Assembly (NCBI GenBank): GCA_965214925.1
Contig: OZ244028.1
Span: forward strand, 709,121 to 773,120
Direction: 5' to 3'
Source of the DNA: Candidatus Latescibacterota bacterium
GTDB lineage: Bacteria > Latescibacterota > UBA2968
DNA length: 64,000 nt
Below, one piece after another: positions 9,800-20,800 of this stretch (positions are counted from its first letter, which is position 1; each line of letters begins with the position of its first letter). The translations under genes were made by a program, and so were the position numbers. Below the pieces are notes generated by a model, which was given only the letters and a program-made list of their open reading frames with translations, searched no databases and was not told where the DNA came from.

Positions 9800-12370
9800 A
9801 TGAATCGAATCACCAAAATCCCACTTCTCAACGCGTGGACATGGCGCATGGCTTGGCGCGATAGCCGCACGTATCGCCGGCGGTTGTTGCTCTTTATTGC
9901 GTGCATTTTACTCGGCGTGGGAGGGCTCGTGGCTGTTCGATCTTTGGGCGACAACCTGCAACGCGTTGTCGATAGCGAAGCCCGCACACTCTTAGGGGCA
10001 GATCTGCGCGTGAGCAGCCAACGCGCGTTCTCGCCGGTGATCGATTCGCTGTTCACCTCGTGGGGCGGCGCGCAATCTCGCGAAGTGCGCTTTGCCTCTA
10101 TGGTCTTCTTCCCTCAAAATGGCGGTACACGTCTGGTGCAGGTGCGCGCACTGCAAGGTGCCTTTCCCTATTACGGCACATTTGAAACCGATCCATCAGA
10201 AGCGGCAAGAACATTTCAGCAGAACGCTGTGGCTTTGCTCGACGACGGCCTCCTCCTCCAATTTGGCGTTCAGGTCGGCGATTCTGTGCGCGTTGGCAAT
10301 CACACCTTTGTCATTGGCGGGCGGATAAAAAAAATATCGGGCGAGGCCATGGCCTTTGCCACGGTGGCACCGCGCGCGTACATTCCCTTGTCTCACCTCG
10401 CGAAAACGGGTCTGATCAAATTTGGCAGTCTGGCGTCCTACATGGCCTATTTCAAATTTGATCACCACAAGCGAGTCGCATCGATCCAGCACCAACTTCG
10501 CCCCTATCGCCAAGATCACAACCTGCGTACCGAAACCGTTGCCAGCCGTCAACGGCGCCTCAACCGCACATTGGGCAACCTCTATATTTTTCTCAGTCTG
10601 GTGGCGTTTGCCGCGCTCTTGCTCGGATGTATCGGCGTTGCCAGTGCCATTCACGTGTATATGCGACAAAAAATAGCGACCGCTGCCATCATGCGCTGCA
10701 TGGGTGCTCAATCGGGTCAGGTCTTGTGCATCTACGGCATTCAGGCCATTGCGATGGGCCTGGTTGGCACGGGATGCGGTTCTCTGCTCGGCTTGGGCAT
10801 TCAGTATCTCTTGCCCGGGGTTCTGGCGCAAATTTTGCCCATTGAACTCGATATTCAGATCTCCTATTGGGCCCTCATTCAAGGCTTTGGCATCGGCCTT
10901 TCTCTGTCGCTGCTCTTTGCCCTGCTCCCCCTGTTGCCCATTCGCAACACCTCGCCCCTACACACCTTGCGCGCATCCTTTGAAGACGCGCGAACTGAGC
11001 CTGTGCTGACGCGCTTTAAGTCAGTCATAGACCCCCTACAACTGATAACAATAGGCGGCATAAGCCTCATCGTTGTGGGATTGGGCATGGCGCAAACCAG
11101 CAGCGTCCGCGTGGGGCTCGGCATTGCCTTGGGATTTGCCCTCGCGTTTGGCTCGCTTATGGGCGCGTCATGGCTCATCATCAAAACCGTTCGCCGCTTC
11201 TTTCCCACCTCGTGGCAATACGTGTGGCGGCAGGGCTTGGCCAACCTCTATCGCCCGCACAATCAGACCGCGATTCTGATGCTCGCGCTGGGCCTCGGCA
11301 CGTTTCTCATCACCACACTCTATATCGCACAACACGCCCTGCTCGCTCAAATTGCCATAGCAGGGCGCGACAATCGTCCCAATTTCGTGCTCGTGGATGT
11401 GCAAACCGATCAAGTTAAAGGCGTGCGCGCGTTGCTCGGCAAACAGGACCTGCCCCTCATTCACCATGCACCCATCGTCACCATGCGCCTGACGGGCATC
11501 AAAGGGCAAGACGTGCGGTCTTATGGCAAAACACACGATGTGCCGCGCTGGGCCATTCAACGCGAATACCGCTCTACCTATCGCAGTCACCTGTTCGATT
11601 CAGAACGCCTCGTGGCCGGCACATGGATCGATGCGGAATGGACCGAGGAACCCATCCCCATTTCTTTTGAACGCGGCATTGCCCACTCGCTTCGCGTTGC
11701 CCTCGGCGACACCCTGACCTTTGACGTTCAGGGCGTGCCGGTTCGGACTACGGTACACAGCCTGCGAGAAGTTGATTGGCAACGCATTCAGCCCAATTTT
11801 TTTGTCGTGTTTCCCAAAGGCGTGCTCGAACCCGCGCCTCAGTTCCACGTCTTGACCACGCGCGTCAACACCGCCGAACAATCTGCTGTTCTGCAACGCA
11901 CACTGGTTCAACACTATCCCAATGTCTCGGCGGTAGACCTCGGACTCATTCTAAAAACCGTTGACGATGTGCTCTCACAAGTTGCCTTTGTCGTGCGCTT
12001 TATGGCACTCTTCAGCGTGATCACGGGACTCATCGTGCTGACTGCGGCTGTCACCACCAGCCGCTACCAACGCATGCGGGAAGCCGCCCTGCTGCGCGCC
12101 CTAGGGGCGTCTCAAAAACAGATTCGCCGCATCCTCTTGATCGAATACACCTTCCTGGGCGCACTCGCTGCCCTGACCGGGCTGATCCTTTCCATTGGCG
12201 GTGCCTGGGCCGTCACCTTTTTTATTTTTGATATCGACTTTGCCCTGCCCACCGTAGCCATTGCCAGTGTCTTTGCCCTCGTCATCTTGCTCACGATCCT
12301 CGTTGGCATGCTCAACAGCCGCGGCATTGCCAATCGCCCTCCACTCGAAATCCTGCGCGCCGAAGGATAG
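9800..12370 (+). CDS. ABC transporter permease with two FtsX domains (YbbP/MacB-like)
   Basis: 856 aa with two clusters of hydrophobic helices and large periplasmic loops. It is adjacent to the ATPase gene. Confidence 0.75.
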   Translation: MNRITKIPLLNAWTWRMAWRDSRTYRRRLLLFIACILLGVGGLVAVRSLGDNLQRVVDSEARTLLGADLRVSSQRAFSPVIDSLFTSWGGAQSREVRFASMVFFPQNGGTRLVQVRALQGAFPYYGTFETDPSEAARTFQQNAVALLDDGLLLQFGVQVGDSVRVGNHTFVIGGRIKKISGEAMAFATVAPRAYIPLSHLAKTGLIKFGSLASYMAYFKFDHHKRVASIQHQLRPYRQDHNLRTETVASRQRRLNRTLGNLYIFLSLVAFAALLLGCIGVASAIHVYMRQKIATAAIMRCMGAQSGQVLCIYGIQAIAMGLVGTGCGSLLGLGIQYLLPGVLAQILPIELDIQISYWALIQGFGIGLSLSLLFALLPLLPIRNTSPLHTLRASFEDARTEPVLTRFKSVIDPLQLITIGGISLIVVGLGMAQTSSVRVGLGIALGFALAFGSLMGASWLIIKTVRRFFPTSWQYVWRQGLANLYRPHNQTAILMLALGLGTFLITTLYIAQHALLAQIAIAGRDNRPNFVLVDVQTDQVKGVRALLGKQDLPLIHHAPIVTMRLTGIKGQDVRSYGKTHDVPRWAIQREYRSTYRSHLFDSERLVAGTWIDAEWTEEPIPISFERGIAHSLRVALGDTLTFDVQGVPVRTTVHSLREVDWQRIQPNFFVVFPKGVLEPAPQFHVLTTRVNTAEQSAVLQRTLVQHYPNVSAVDLGLILKTVDDVLSQVAFVVRFMALFSVITGLIVLTAAVTTSRYQRMREAALLRALGASQKQIRRILLIEYTFLGALAALTGLILSIGGAWAVTFFIFDIDFALPTVAIASVFALVILLTILVGMLNSRGIANRPPLEILRAEG

Positions 12371-12437
12371 GGAGACGACCAATAGCGGAGCGAGCAATGG
12401 CCGAGGGCAGGTCATCTCGCCTCTTGTCTTTTATTTT

Positions 12438-13121
12438 TTAGGGGTGTTCATCTGTGGTTGCTTCTCCCCGCAGGTTGCACCTGTCCTGTGTATCCACGGC
12501 CATCACATGTTTCAGAACGGGTTTGAGCGCGCGCCACACGGTCTCTGCGACAATCCGATGTCCTTCGGCATTGGGATGAATGCGGTCTGGTAGGTTCAGC
12601 TCTGGAATCCCGCCAACACCTTGTAATAAAAAGGGGATCAAAGGCACGTGATTTTTTTTTGCTAGGGTTGGAAATACCGCGCGAAAGGCCGCCGCATAAG
12701 TCTCGCCCAAATTTGGCGGTGCTTCAATACCCACAAGCACGATTTGAATATCCGGATATTTCTGTCTCGCCTGGTCGATAATTCCCTGCAAATTTTGCTG
12801 CATCTCAGACACGGGAATCCCGCGCAAGCCATCGTTGCCTCCCAGTGCGAGCACCAGCACATCGGTCTTTCGCCGCAGCAACCAGTTGACCCGCCGCAAA
12901 CCACCGGCCGATGTCTCGCCACTCAGGCCGCCATTGACCGCGTCAAATGCCCAGCCGAGCGAATCGATCTTTGTCTGAATCAGCGCGGGAAAAGCCCGAG
13001 CTTCGTCCAAACCATAACCCGCGGTTAAACTATCCCCCAAAAACAAAATCGTTTGGCGATCTGCTTCCGCGCACGTTGTCCATGTCAATCCGAGCAACAC
13101 AACCGCGAAAAATCGCTTCAT
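12438..13121 (-). CDS. tesA: SGNH/GDSL hydrolase (TesA-like arylesterase/thioesterase)
   Basis: Has a signal peptide, a GDSLTAGYG block and a C-terminal DxxH. It shows the classic tesA-ybbA-ybbP neighbourhood. Confidence 0.75.
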   Translation of the reverse strand: MKRFFAVVLLGLTWTTCAEADRQTILFLGDSLTAGYGLDEARAFPALIQTKIDSLGWAFDAVNGGLSGETSAGGLRRVNWLLRRKTDVLVLALGGNDGLRGIPVSEMQQNLQGIIDQARQKYPDIQIVLVGIEAPPNLGETYAAAFRAVFPTLAKKNHVPLIPFLLQGVGGIPELNLPDRIHPNAEGHRIVAETVWRALKPVLKHVMAVDTQDRCNLRGEATTDEHP

Positions 13122-13860
13122 GTTATCACCCCCATTTTTTGGTCTTTGGTCTTGATCCCGAATACGAGATTGGCTATATTTTTTTTGACTGGCCTACAAA
13201 AAAACAATTTTTCGGAATGCTTTGCGTTTCAGCGGGATCGCCACACCAGTCCACGAGGCACCTGCTTGTTCCTTCGCCAAATTTGGCGATTTGGTGGAGG
13301 GATAGGTAGGTGCTTTTTGTATTTTAACACAGTACACAACAAAACGAATGTACGCAACGGCGTACATTCGCACGCTTATCTGCCCTTGGCAGAGGCGGGA
13401 ATTTTGGGTGGCAGAGCGACAACAGAACTGCGGGTTGGCCCGAAGCACGGCCACCGGGTAAAAAAAAAGAAAGGCCCTCGCGCGAGTTTTTGGCGGGACA
13501 GCGCGAGGACCCCAGATCACACCGACAGATACGCGCGGTGTGTTGATGCTTTCGGGTCAACTTTTTTGGCCCGCCCAACCGCGCAAAACCTCTCCGCACA
13601 GTACACGGCAAGAATAGACGCACAGGCTAACCACCCAACGCTTTGCGCGCGTCTGCGGCATCTGTCTGCCGACAGACAGGCTTTGCTGACCGCTTGGGAA
13701 GGGGGTTGGGTGGGCTGGACTGGCTACGAGTTCTCATTTGTGACGTGGCGATTACGCATTGTGTTTCAATAATATAGGGTTTTTATGGTCTGTGTGTGAC
13801 GCGAATTTGACAAAGCCATGCAAAGAGAGTGGCGCGCGTGGATACTTTTGAGGATGGCGA

Positions 13861-14732
13861 ATGACTGAAGATTCTAAGTGGCGATTTGAGATTGCAACGC
13901 GCGTTGCCGCGTCGTATCGGAAAAATCCAAAGGTTCGCGCAATAATGGTGGCCGGGTCGGTGGGACGCGGTGTGGCGGATCGGTATTCGGATTTGGAATT
14001 GGATGTGTATTACGCGGAGCCGCCCACAGAAGAGGAGCGGATTGCCGCTGCAAGAGAGTGTGGCGGCGATGGCGTCGAACTCTGCGCGGATGCCATTGAG
14101 TGGGAAGAACAATTTTATGTCAATGGACTTCACACAGCAACGAGCGCGTTTCTCGTATCCACAGTGGAGTGGTTTTAGAAGAGACGATTGTGCAATGCCG
14201 GGTGGATGAAGATGCACAGATGCGCCTGCATTCGATTTTGCATGCCAAGACACTGACGGGTGGGGATCTCGTTGAAGGTTGGCGGAAAAGGGCCGCGCAA
14301 TATCCCGATGGATTGGTGCATGCCATGCTGGCGGAGTATGTGCACTTCCGAGGATTTGGCTATGCCGAGGATATGTTTGCAACTCGCGGCGATGCCTTGG
14401 CCCTGTATGAAATTTTTGTTGGCATCGGACAACAGGTTATGGGGGCATTGATGGGGCTGAATCGGATGTATGTGCCCGCGCCGGGGGGATTGAAGTGGAT
14501 GGATGAATCAATTGCGGGCATGGCGATTAAACCGATGGATTTATCGACGCGAATAAAAAAAACGTTTCGGATGGATCTGGCAGATGGCGTGCATGCGTGG
14601 CACAGATTGATTGATGAGGTAATGGTTTTGGTGGATCAGCACATGCCGGCGTTTAATACAACGCCATATCGAGAGCAACTTGTAAAACGACGGCAAGTGT
14701 GGTATAATTCCCCTGCTAGTCCGATTAAGTGA
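13861..14732 (+). pseudogene. nucleotidyltransferase-domain protein (pol-beta NTase fold, KNTase-like), apparently frameshifted near 14170
   Basis: ORF 13861-14178 carries GSVGRGVADRYSDLELDV (GS-x10-DhDh). ORF 14100-14732, in a different frame, supplies the helical C-terminal half. Together they give about 290 aa. Confidence 0.5.
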
Positions 14733-14766
14733 CAGGTGAACACTTTGCTAACGCCTGCCGCGCGCA

Positions 14767-16986
14767 TTGAGGTTTAAGATGGCTCAGCTTCGCGGGATTG
14801 TGGACCGCATTACATTTCAAAATGAAGAGACGGGATACACAGTTGCCCGTTTGCAGGTGGAGAGGGGTGCCCGCGCAGGATACACAGATGGTCTGGCGAC
14901 CATTGTAGGGAAAATGCTGTCGATAAACCCGGGCGCGACCGTGGTTTTGGAAGGCGAATGGACAACCCACAAACAATACGGCGCGCAGTTCAAGATTGCG
15001 TCCTATCAGACGGTCCATCCCTCGACAGTGGAGGGGATGCGACGGTATTTGGGTTCGGGGTTGATCAAAGGCGTTGGACCCGTGACGGCAAAGCGGATTG
15101 TGGATCACTTTGGGCGCGAAGCCCTTCGGGTGATTGAGAGCGATCCCGAGCGATTGGTCGAAGTTGAAGGACTGGGAGACAAACGCGCCAAATGGATTAT
15201 CCGAGCGTGGGAAGAACAGCGCGAAATTCACAATGTGATGTTGTTCTTGCAATCGCATGAGGTGGGCACGGGATACGCGGTCAAGATATGGAAGCGGTAC
15301 GGGCATGAGGCGATTGAAGTGATTCAGCAGAACCCATACCGCTTGGCTGTGGATGTTTGGGGCATTGGATTTTTGACGGCAGATCGCATCGCGCAAAAAA
15401 TGGGCATTCCCGCGCATTCAGGCCGGCGCATTCAGGCCGGTATTTTACACGTGCTCAATGAAGCAGCAGACAAAGATGGGCATGTTTTTTTGCCCGAGGA
15501 CGCGCTCATTGACTCCTGCGCTCAGGCCCTCAGTGTGCCCGTGGATGCCATCGCACCGCGTGTGGCCCAATTGCTCTGCGACGAAGCCATTGTCGCAAAT
15601 GACGGGCGGGTGTATTTGCCGCATTTGTATTATGCCGAACAGGGCGCGGCAACGCGGTGCTATCAGTTGTCGCGGGTGCAGCGCATTGAACTGGGCAATA
15701 TCCCGGCGGAGATAGCCGCGATTGAACGGCGCGATGGCGTGACCTTCGCGCCCGGTCAAAAGTTGGCCTTGCAAAAGGCTCTGTCGCACAATTTGCTCGT
15801 GCTTACAGGTGGACCGGGAACGGGCAAAACGACGACCATCAAGGGGCTGATCGCGCTTTTGGAGGCGCGAAAAAAAAAGATCGCGCTGGCAGCACCCACG
15901 GGACGCGCGGCCAAGCGGATGTCTGAGGCCACGGGGCACGAAGCCAAAACGATCCACAGATTGCTGAAGTTTAGTCCGTCTGAGATGGCATTTGAGAAGA
16001 ATTTTGAGAATCCGCTCGAGGTTGAAGCCCTGATTGTCGATGAGATATCCATGGTCGATACCGTGCTGATGAATAGCCTGTTGCGCGCGGTTCCCATCAG
16101 TGCTTCGGTGGTTTTGGTGGGCGATGTCGATCAGTTGCCGTCGGTTGGCGCGGGCAATGTGTTGCAAGATGTGATTGCATCGGGCATGGTGGAGGTCGTG
16201 GAACTCAATGAGATTTTTCGGCAGGCGCGAACGAGTCGCATCATTACCAATGCCCATTCGATCAATCTCGGCGAGATGCCCAACTTGCAAAATGACCGCG
16301 GCGCGGACTTCTTTTTTTTAGAGGTATCCGAACCCGATCTGGTCGTGGAGACGATTTGTGGGTTGTGTGCGTCGCGCTTGCCGCGCACGTATCGCTTGGA
16401 CAGCATTGAAGATATTCAAGTGCTGGCGCCGATGTATCGGGGTGAGACGGGCGCGAACAATCTCAATCGGGTCTTGCAAGACCGCTTGAATCCCTGTCTG
16501 CCCGCGTCTGACAGGCAGGCCCATCAACAGGAGATGACGCTGGGCGGCGCGCGCTTTCGGGTGGGGGACAAGGTGATGCAGGTGCGGAATAACTACGACC
16601 GCGATATTTTTAACGGGGATATTGGGCGCGTTCACGAGATAGCAGATGAGGTGTTGGGCGTGCGCTTTCAAGACCGCGTCGTGGCGTATGAGTTTTCAGA
16701 CTTGGACGAGTTGGTGCTGGCCTATGCCATGAGTGTACACAAGAGCCAGGGCGCGGAGTTTCGCGCGGTGGTGATGCCCCTGACCACGCAACACTACATG
16801 ATGTTGCAGCGCAATTTGTTGTACACGGCAATTACTCGCGCGCGGGAACTGGTGGTGATCGTGGGCACAAAACAGGCACTCGGCATGGCTGTTCGCAACA
16901 ATCAGGTCGCCTTGCGACACACGACCTTGGCGCAACGCATTCAGGCAGGGCTTGTCGATAAAACCGCTCAGGAGACCTTGTTGTAA
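14767..16986 (+). CDS. recD2: RecD2-like ATP-dependent DNA helicase (SF1B, RecD/TraA family)
   Basis: 739 aa. Has an N-terminal domain, HhH segments, Walker A LVLTGGPGTGKTT, DExx (LIVDEISM) and C-terminal SF1 motifs. Confidence 0.85.
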   Translation: MRFKMAQLRGIVDRITFQNEETGYTVARLQVERGARAGYTDGLATIVGKMLSINPGATVVLEGEWTTHKQYGAQFKIASYQTVHPSTVEGMRRYLGSGLIKGVGPVTAKRIVDHFGREALRVIESDPERLVEVEGLGDKRAKWIIRAWEEQREIHNVMLFLQSHEVGTGYAVKIWKRYGHEAIEVIQQNPYRLAVDVWGIGFLTADRIAQKMGIPAHSGRRIQAGILHVLNEAADKDGHVFLPEDALIDSCAQALSVPVDAIAPRVAQLLCDEAIVANDGRVYLPHLYYAEQGAATRCYQLSRVQRIELGNIPAEIAAIERRDGVTFAPGQKLALQKALSHNLLVLTGGPGTGKTTTIKGLIALLEARKKKIALAAPTGRAAKRMSEATGHEAKTIHRLLKFSPSEMAFEKNFENPLEVEALIVDEISMVDTVLMNSLLRAVPISASVVLVGDVDQLPSVGAGNVLQDVIASGMVEVVELNEIFRQARTSRIITNAHSINLGEMPNLQNDRGADFFFLEVSEPDLVVETICGLCASRLPRTYRLDSIEDIQVLAPMYRGETGANNLNRVLQDRLNPCLPASDRQAHQQEMTLGGARFRVGDKVMQVRNNYDRDIFNGDIGRVHEIADEVLGVRFQDRVVAYEFSDLDELVLAYAMSVHKSQGAEFRAVVMPLTTQHYMMLQRNLLYTAITRARELVVIVGTKQALGMAVRNNQVALRHTTLAQRIQAGLVDKTAQETLL

Positions 16987-17163
16987 CGCAAGTGCTTCCG
17001 CCACGTTGCGACGCAAATTTGAATAAGGATTTATGAGCGAGGGCGGAAGCGTCCATCCAATCGGGTGGCATTCATGCGCGCGTTATATTGTGGCGCGAAA
17101 TTTGACAACCGAGTTGAGGATAGAGCTCAAATTCCCTTTGGCGCGGATGTCCCAACGACAAAA

Positions 17164-17200
17164 AGCCTGACGGAAATGATCCGTCGGGCTTTTATTTTTT
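17164..17200. terminator. bidirectional rho-independent terminator between recD2 (+) and tsaC (-)
   Basis: agcctgacgg...ccgtcgggct stem (1 mismatch) flanked by an A-run upstream and T-run downstream. Confidence 0.55.
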
Positions 17201-17815
17201 GTAGAGGCGAATGCGCGCGCTGAGTTTTTGGGCAGAAACAGCACCTTCGCGCAGGAGAATCGCGCGGTCGGTGGAGACATCGACAAGGGTGGAGGGCGTT
17301 GTGCTGGCGGAGGGGCCGCCGTCGAGAATGAGGTCGAGGTGATCGCCCAGCGCGTTTTGCACTTCGGATGCGGAACGCGCCGGGCCATGGCCCGAGCGAT
17401 TGGCACTGGTGCTGGTCAAGGGGCCGCGGAGCGCGGTGAGCAATCGCGCGGCGATGGGGGAATTGGAATGGCGAAGGGCAATCGTGTCGCGTCCCCCGAG
17501 CAAGGCGGGTGGCAGATCGGGATTGGCTTCAAAAACCAGGGTCAACGGCCCGGGCCAAAAAGCGCGGATGAGCGTTTGCGCGGTTGGAGAGATGGCGCGG
17601 GCGAGCATTGACAGATCGTCTGCATCGCGAATTAAGAGGATGATGCCTTTGTTTTGTGCGCGCGCTTTGGCGGTGAAGATTTTTTGGATCGCTTCGGAAC
17701 AATAAGGATCAGCACCCAAGCCATACACGGTCTCGGTCGGATAGGCAATCAGGCCGCGGTTTTTAATGATATCCGCGGCCCGGTGGATGTTTTGAAGGGT
17801 TGGCGTAGCGATCAT
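17192..17815 (-). CDS. tsaC: L-threonylcarbamoyladenylate synthase (TsaC/YrdC/Sua5 family)
   Basis: Carries the GLIAYPTETVYGLGADP motif. The start is at MIATPTLQ; the ORF extends upstream to 17986. Confidence 0.8.
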   Translation of the reverse strand: MIATPTLQNIHRAADIIKNRGLIAYPTETVYGLGADPYCSEAIQKIFTAKARAQNKGIILLIRDADDLSMLARAISPTAQTLIRAFWPGPLTLVFEANPDLPPALLGGRDTIALRHSNSPIAARLLTALRGPLTSTSANRSGHGPARSASEVQNALGDHLDLILDGGPSASTTPSTLVDVSTDRAILLREGAVSAQKLSARIRLYKK

Positions 17816-17876
17816 AGGGATTGGGGATGTGGAGATGGCGCGGCGAGGAAATGGACAGTCAAGTGACGCGAAGGGA

Positions 17877-20800
17877 CTACTGACTCGCTTCATAAGCATT
17901 GACAAAACGCAGGAAGTCGCCAAAGCCAACCGTTCCATCGGCGTCGAGGTCACAGCGAGCGTGGGCAGAATCAAACTCGGTGACAAAAATCAGGAAGTCG
18001 CTGAAGGTGATCCGACCGTCGGCATTGAAATCAGCGGATTTTGCATGCGGAGCAGCAGGCGGTGAGCGGGTCAAATCGAACAGAACAGAAAGTTCTCGGA
18101 TTCTGTGATTTGCCGCGTCTGCAATGAGCAAGGTGCCCGTTGGACTAAGAGCCAAACCATGCGGAGCGTTGAGACTCACCGCGAGGCCGCCGCCTTCTTC
18201 GAGGTCGAGTTGTCCCAAACCCGTGCCCGCTACGGTTTGGATCAGGCCGCTATTCAGGTCGAGCAACCGAATGCGGTGGTTATCCGTATCTGCGATGTAG
18301 AGGTACCCCCGGGCGTCAACAGCTATGCCCTGCGGGCGGTTGAGTCGCGCCCGCGTGCCGGGGCCGCCATCGCCGGAAAATCCGCCCATGCCCGTTCCCG
18401 CAAGGGTGGCGATCAGACCGCTGGAATTGACTGTGCGGATGCGGTGGTTATCCGTATCTGCGATGTAGAGGTTGTGTTGTGCATCAATGGCAATGGCACT
18501 GGGGCGATTTAAGCGCGCATGGGTGCCCGCGCCGCCGTCGCCAGAAAACGCGCCCTGATCGGGATTTCCACTGCCTGCAACCGTCGTGATGGTGCCGTGG
18601 CGATCCACTTTGCGGATGCGGTGGTTATCCGTATCTGCGATGTAGAGGTTGCCGCTTTGGTCAACGGCGAGACCCGTGGGGCGTCTCAAGTTGGCGTTGG
18701 CAGCGCGTCCCCGGTCGCCGCCAAACTGCCCGATGCCCGTGCCGACAATATCAAATAGCACGCGATTTTGCACCCTGCTCACGACGTGATTGCCCGTTTG
18801 ACTGATGATCAAATCGCCCTGCACGCCAAGGGTTATGCCTTGAGGCGCGGCGATGTCTCCTCCCTGCCCCGTTCCCGCGATGGTCCGAATTGTGGCTGTT
18901 TCCACATCGATGAGGCGAATGCGGTGATTTTCCGTATCCGCGATATAAATATTGCCCAACGCATCGGACAAGACGGCTTGGGGGTGCTGAAGAAGCGCGG
19001 CGGTTGCCGCGCCGTCATCGCCTTGGAATCCGCCGCTTTCACCTGAACCTGCGATGGTACGCAGGGTGAGGGCGTCTTGTGCAAAGGGTTTGATGAGTTC
19101 AATTTCAACGCGCCCGGGGGCGAGCCCCTCACTTTCAGCGACGATGACCACTCGCCCGGGGTCTTGCCCCGATCGAAAACGCGCAAATGCCATGCCATCG
19201 CGCACCGCAATTGAATCGCTGTCCGCGGGTTCTGACCCCTGCGAAGGGATGATCAGCCCGCTGCCGCTCTCAATGCGGAATCGCACGGCTCGGTCGCTGG
19301 TCAGGGCGAGCCTGTTTTCACGGGTGACGATCTGCGCGATGAGTTCGATTTCAGAGATGCCATTGCCCAGCAAGTGGGTCGCTTCGGCGGTTAATCGCAC
19401 GCGCGCGGGGAGCGACGGCGGTTGTTCGGTGATATCGAGGACGCGATTGACCGATAAATCGTCGGTGTCGCTGCGAAGTTGCTGGACAATGCCACTAGGC
19501 CAGCGCAGGGAGAGGACGTCGATTTGTTCGGCGTTGCCCACGCCAAACACGGCGAACAGCGCGTCCTGAGACAAAAAGGACGCGCCGCCCGTTATTTCGC
19601 GAAGGGCGCGGCGATTGTCGCCATAGCCAATTTCGAGGCGCGTGCCAATGGCATCGGTGCTGCTTGTTGTGCCAGACAGGCGAATGGCGATCCAATTGCC
19701 ATCGGCCTCTTGGTTGCGATAGAGGGCGTCGGGACCATTTTGGACAGCGATGTACAAATCGAGCCCGCCGTCGTTGTCGTAGTCAGCAAGGGCAACACCT
19801 CGGCTATCGGCATTTGCGGCAACGCCCAACGTGTCGGCCATATCTACAAACGCGCGCCCATCCCGATTTTTGTAATACAAATTGGGCTGCCCGCTGTTGG
19901 TGACGTAGAGGTCGAGAAAACCGTCGTTGTCAAAATCGCCCCATGCCGCGCCGCGCCCTCGGCCGCCGTGGGCGAGATCCAAGCTCGGCGCGCGATCTCT
20001 GAATACGCCCTTGCCTTCGTTTGTATAGAAACGATTATTCGCGCCAAAATAGGGGATGAACAAGTCGAGGTCGCCGTCGTTGTCAAAATCGCCCCATGCC
20101 GCGCCAAAACTCGGCCCGGCATCGGTTGGACTAAACGCGGTTTCTATAGACGTAAAATGGTCGCCATCGTTGCGAAAGAGGCGGTTGGGGCCGCTGTTCG
20201 CCAAAAAGAGGTCGGGGTCGCCGTCGTTGTCAAAATCGCCCCATGCGGGTTGAATGCCACTTTCTGTGTCGCCTATACCCAAGCTGTCCGCGCGCTCGGA
20301 AAAGCCATTGCCATTGTTCTGGTAAAAGCGATTGCCGCCAAAGTTGGCAACGTAGAGGTCGAGGTCGCCATCGCCTTCGTAATCCGCCCATGCTGCGCCA
20401 TACCCGTCGCCTGGATCGGCAATGCCCATGTGGGATGCGACATCGGTAAATGCCGCGCCATCGTTGCGAAACAAGCGATTCGGTTCACCGAAGTTGGTGA
20501 CATAGAGGTCGAGGTCGCCATCGCGATCCACATCGCCCCATATTCCCGCGCTTCCATCGCCAGTGTCGGCAATGCCCATGTGGGGTGCGACATCGGTAAA
20601 TGCCGCGCCATCGTTGCGAAACAAGCGGTTCGGTTCGCGGCTGCGTACGAGATAGAGGTCGGGGTCGCTGTCGTTGTCAAAATCTGCCCATGCCGCGCCA
20701 AATCCCGCGCCCATATCGCCTAGCCCCGTGTTGGACGACACGTCGACAAATCCGCCGGGTTTGGCCTTTTGCCCAATGCCCTGCAATTGGAGGGTGACAG

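Noticed and set aside
13053-13772. 239-aa plus-strand ORF across the tesA upstream region
   Set aside because: It overlaps the tesA start and a hairpin-rich intergenic region. Its composition and low-complexity runs (KKKK, GGG) are not protein-like, and it carries no motifs.
19479-20723. 414-aa plus-strand ORF, and other long plus-strand ORFs (21025-21612, 22056-22595) inside the giant NHL gene
   Set aside because: They are antisense to a strongly supported, repeat-rich minus-strand CDS. The repetitive Ala/Val/Gly-rich translation mirrors the sense-strand repeats and is not independent coding signal.
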